Positions 60,674 through 64,000 of a stretch of DNA of 64,000 nt are shown piece after piece. Origin of the DNA: Hyalangium minutum. GTDB taxonomy: Bacteria > Myxococcota > Myxococcia > Myxococcales > Myxococcaceae. The stretch lies in NCBI RefSeq assembly GCF_000737315.1, contig NZ_JMCB01000023.1, positions 124,001 to 188,000 on the forward strand, written 5' to 3'. Both the position numbers and the translations under genes were made by a program. The notes below the pieces were generated by a model, which saw nothing but the letters and a program-made list of their open reading frames with translations, was not told the DNA's origin and ran no database searches. Position 1 is the stretch's first letter; each line of letters begins with the position of its first letter.

Positions 60674-60890
60674 GCCAAGACTCCTGTGGCCTGCCGGAAG
60701 GACGGCCCCACCGCTGCAATTCTCGCACCCTTTGGCAGAGAGGTGTTCTCCCCCGGACAGCCTGGGCGCCAGGGCCTCCTAGCACGGAAAGACTCGTAAA
60801 ACCAAGGGCTTGCCCGGAGCCTGGGGGGGACCCGGTGTAGGCCTGGCGTGGCGGCCCTCTGAAAAACCGGTGGGCCCTCTGGCACGAATG

Positions 60891-62024
60891 TCAGGGCTGG
60901 GTGGAGCCCGAGGAACCAGGCGAGCGGAGCAAGGACTCCACCTCGGCGAGGATGGCGCGGTGGAAGGCCGCCTTGGAGAAGCGGCGGGCCTGGACGCGGG
61001 CCTCTTCGGGACGGAAGCCGGTCTCCCAGGCATCGAACTGGCGCACGGCGGCGGCGAGCGCGGTGGGAGTCTGCTCGGAGAAGAAGAGGCCGGTACGCTC
61101 GGTGACGGTCTCCAGGACGCCGCCCTTGGCGTAGGCAATCACGGGACGGCCCGTGGCCTGGGACTCCAGGGGCGTGAGGCCAAAGTCCTCCTCGCCGGTG
61201 AAGAGGAGCGCACGAGCGTTGCGATAGAGGGCGGGCACTTCGGAGTCCGGCACGTTGCCGAGGAACCGGATGTGGGGCGGCAGCGGCCCGGAGGTGAGGC
61301 GTGCGGCGTCCTGGCCGGAGCCGACGACCCAGAGGGGGACATCCAGGGTGCGGAAGGCCTCCAGGGCGATGTCGAGCCGCTTGTAGGGAGCGAAGGCGCC
61401 GAGCCACAGGAAGTAGCCGCCCTGGCCGGTGCCCTCGAGGGACGAGGCACAGAAGCGCTCGAGATCCACGGGGGGGTGGACTACGCCCGCATCGCGATCC
61501 CAGAAGCGGTGGATCTTCGCGGCGATGTTGCGGCTGTTGGCGATGAAGCGATCGACACCGGCGGAGGAGTCGCGATCCCAGCGCTGGAGCCAAGGGCGCA
61601 CGGCGCTGGCAGCGAGGCGCACGGGCCGCGAGGCGCGTCCGGGGCCGAAGTAGTCATCGAAGAGATCCCACATGTAGCGCATGGGCGCGTGCACATAGGA
61701 GAGGTGCTTGGCGCCGGGCGGCTTGCGGATGCCCTTGGCGACACAGTGGCTGGAGGAGAGGACGAGCTCGTAGCCCTGAAGGTGGAAGGACTCGATGGCG
61801 CGCGGGAAGAGCGGGAGGAAGTGGCGGTAGCGGGAGTGGATGCCGGGGATGTGCTGGAGAAACGAGGTGTAGATGCGCCGGTTCTCGATGGCCGGAGGCA
61901 TCGTGCCGGGCTGATGGATAAGGGTGTAGACGTCCGCGTCGGGGAACAGCTCGCAGAGGGCTTCGAGGACGCGCTCCCCACCGCGCAGGGTGACGAGCCA
62001 GTCATGAACGAGGGCGACCTTCAC
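60891..62024 (-). CDS. GT4 glycosyltransferase (mannosyltransferase-like)
   Basis: VALVHDWL...GGERVL, YVHAPMRY, EDFGLTPLESQA.GRPVIAY. Confidence 0.92.
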   Translation of the reverse strand: MKVALVHDWLVTLRGGERVLEALCELFPDADVYTLIHQPGTMPPAIENRRIYTSFLQHIPGIHSRYRHFLPLFPRAIESFHLQGYELVLSSSHCVAKGIRKPPGAKHLSYVHAPMRYMWDLFDDYFGPGRASRPVRLAASAVRPWLQRWDRDSSAGVDRFIANSRNIAAKIHRFWDRDAGVVHPPVDLERFCASSLEGTGQGGYFLWLGAFAPYKRLDIALEAFRTLDVPLWVVGSGQDAARLTSGPLPPHIRFLGNVPDSEVPALYRNARALLFTGEEDFGLTPLESQATGRPVIAYAKGGVLETVTERTGLFFSEQTPTALAAAVRQFDAWETGFRPEEARVQARRFSKAAFHRAILAEVESLLRSPGSSGSTQP

Positions 62025-62131
62025 GGGCGACCTTCTACCATGAAGACGTACTCCTTAAGTGGCATCGTCTGGCGTCCCGTGCCCTCCCTAACCTGCTCCC
62101 TCGGCATGAACCACCGAGTGGTATCGGGAAC

Positions 62132-63001
62132 ATGATATTTTTCAGGAAGTCCGGCCACGTCGTGGCACTTCTCGCTTGCTCCATGGCGTGGGGGCATGCG
62201 CCTCGCGCCGAGGCACAGACTGCGCATATACGTCTGGCCAAGGCTGCGGATACCCAACGTCCTACCGTGCCGATGCGACTCCCACCAGAGTTTGCGGCAG
62301 CACTCCAGCTCTACGAACAGCTCGAGTATGAGGCAGCGTTGGAACAACTGGCTCGCGTGCGATCGGCCGCCGTAGACACGGAGGTACGGGCCCTCACATG
62401 GCTCTATGAAGGGATCATCCTCGCCAACCTCGGCCAGACGCACCGTTCGCGCGAGGCTTTTCGCGAGGGGATTCGCCTCCAACCCGCTTCCGTTCTGCCG
62501 ATCGAGGTTTCGCCCAAGGTCGCCCAGCTCTTCCAGGACATTCGCAAGGAGGAGCATCGCAGGCCCAGCCCCAGCCCTTCGAAGCTCGTTGCGCTTGAGG
62601 CCCCCCAACCTTCCCCTTCTGAGGTCCCCTCCACGCCTCTCGTTGGTACCGCACCACCCACGTCATCTCAGGCAGAGGATGCGGTTTCTAAGACAGAGGT
62701 GCTGCCTTGGGTGCCGTCAGCGTCGCCACCGCTCGACAAGATCACCCCCGTGAACCCTTATCATGTGGTCTTTGCCGTCGGCAGCGGCATGGCCATCACA
62801 GGCATCGCTCTCTATGCAGTCCTGGACGCATCAAGTCCGACGAAGCACGGCAACCTCAAATTCGCAGCGGGAGTGAGCGGGCTCTGGGGGCTCGGACTCG
62901 CCGCCTTCGGAGGCGTTGGCTCGTGGGGGCAACAAGAACCTAAACCTGTCGGCTCGCTCCAAAGTCGGCGAGTCTTTGCCAGTGCACAATTTTCCTTCTG
63001 A
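62132..63001 (+). CDS. Secreted TPR-like protein with C-terminal hydrophobic anchor
   Basis: LYEQLEYEAALEQL...WLYEGIILANLG...LPIEVSPKV; ends SAQFSF. Confidence 0.78.
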   Translation: MIFFRKSGHVVALLACSMAWGHAPRAEAQTAHIRLAKAADTQRPTVPMRLPPEFAAALQLYEQLEYEAALEQLARVRSAAVDTEVRALTWLYEGIILANLGQTHRSREAFREGIRLQPASVLPIEVSPKVAQLFQDIRKEEHRRPSPSPSKLVALEAPQPSPSEVPSTPLVGTAPPTSSQAEDAVSKTEVLPWVPSASPPLDKITPVNPYHVVFAVGSGMAITGIALYAVLDASSPTKHGNLKFAAGVSGLWGLGLAAFGGVGSWGQQEPKPVGSLQSRRVFASAQFSF

Positions 63002-63007
63002 TGGTTT

Positions 63008-63901
63008 GTGATAAGAATCATGGTACATTTCAGTAAGTCGGACCTTGCCATGGCATTTCTCACCCTCTCCATGGTCTGGGGAACGGCTCCAAGAGCGGCT
63101 TCTCCCTCTTCGCGGATGCAACCGACGAGTACGGATTCCCACAGTCCCGATTCAACGAAGAAGCACCTTCCAACAGCGCTTGCTGTAGCGCTCCGCCTAT
63201 ACGAGCGCCTTGAATATGAACAAGCACTTGAGCAGTTAGCTCGCTCGAAATCGGCGACCTGGGACACCGATGTGCGTGTGCTCGCTTGGCTCTATGAGGG
63301 AATCATTCTTGCCAACCTCGGCTATGCAGACCGCTCTCGTGAAGCTTTTCGCGAGGGACTCCGCCTCCATCCATCCTCTGTCCTGCCCATCGAGGTCTCA
63401 CCTAAGATCGCCCAACTCTTCCAGGACGTTCGCCATGAAGTGCAACAAGAAACCTCAGCATCACCTCTACCGAAGGCGTTGGAACTCCCCTCTGTTCCTC
63501 CTGTCGATAAGCAAGCAGAGCAATCTCCGCCTTCGATTGAAAACCACAACCCCTCTCCTGAGCCACGTCAGGCGGAGGCTACAGACAGTAGTCCAAAGCT
63601 TGCTCCCTGGGCACCAACGTCTCCTTCCAAGCCAGAAGAAAGCCGCTTCGTGAAAAGCCACCACGTGGCGTTTGCCCTTGGGGGGCTCCTCGCATCTACC
63701 GGCATCGTGCTACTGGCGACCATGGGCTCCGCACATCCCGAGGACAAATCCACGCACCTGCTCACGGGCAGCATTGCTGTCGTGGGAGGACTGAATCTCA
63801 TTGCCTTTGGGGCAACCACTGCAATGGGACAACGCAGCCCCCAAACCGTGGGTCCTCTCCAGCGCCGGTATGCCTCTGTCGGTGCTCAGTTGTCCTTCTA
63901 G
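63008..63901 (+). CDS. Tandem paralog of the preceding TPR-like protein
   Basis: LYERLEYEQALEQL...WLYEGIILANLG...LPIEVSPKI; ends GAQLSF. Confidence 0.78.
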   Translation: MIRIMVHFSKSDLAMAFLTLSMVWGTAPRAASPSSRMQPTSTDSHSPDSTKKHLPTALAVALRLYERLEYEQALEQLARSKSATWDTDVRVLAWLYEGIILANLGYADRSREAFREGLRLHPSSVLPIEVSPKIAQLFQDVRHEVQQETSASPLPKALELPSVPPVDKQAEQSPPSIENHNPSPEPRQAEATDSSPKLAPWAPTSPSKPEESRFVKSHHVAFALGGLLASTGIVLLATMGSAHPEDKSTHLLTGSIAVVGGLNLIAFGATTAMGQRSPQTVGPLQRRYASVGAQLSF

Positions 63902-63910
63902 TCCTCCGAA

Positions 63911-64000
63911 ATGAACATCGGACGCTACGAGGTCATTCGAAAGCTCGCCACGGGTGGCATGGCCGAGGTCTTCCTCGCCAAAGTGGCAGGCCCATTCGGC
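63911..64000 (+). CDS. Ser/Thr protein kinase (5' fragment, runs off window)
   Basis: [24 protein letters not shown]: Hanks-type Gly-rich loop. Confidence 0.85.
   Translation, partial: MNIGRYEVIRKLATGGMAEVFLAKVAGPFG

Overview
GC-rich (about 70% by eye) myxobacterial (Cystobacterineae-like) chromosomal segment with about 57 genes. Housekeeping and metabolic genes include rlmE, tatA, a divergent folE, nrdJ with tandem NrdR boxes, a WbaP-type phosphoglycosyl transferase plus GT4, acyl-CoA dehydrogenase, CoA-transferase/racemase, SCP2, FadD, a ThDP enzyme and a YccA/BI-1 protein. Transport loci are a Zn/Mn-type ABC uptake operon with an outer-membrane protein, and a Pst-type phosphate ABC operon next to a Na+/H+ antiporter, ArsC and a ferredoxin. 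More AT-rich accessory cassettes encode TPR-like proteins with either a 14-blade RCC1 lipoprotein or a Ser/Thr kinase. Best candidates for undescribed systems: (1) two paralogous His/Cys-rich membrane-anchored leader ORFs ending in an identical APKSSPP motif at identical spacing from a conserved Cys, each followed by a hairpin and putative metal-handling genes (candidate new class of metal-sensing ribosome-arrest leaders); (2) a translationally coupled ACP / soluble diiron acyl-ACP-desaturase-like / PPTase / thioesterase / FAAL operon; (3) a FadR-type GntR gene whose 3' tail is a 99-bp repeat array with operator-like GTCAGAC cores, with an 18/20 copy 35 kb away beside an accessory cassette. 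No tRNA, rRNA, CRISPR array or transposase was recognised. All assignments come from motif reading, not database searches.
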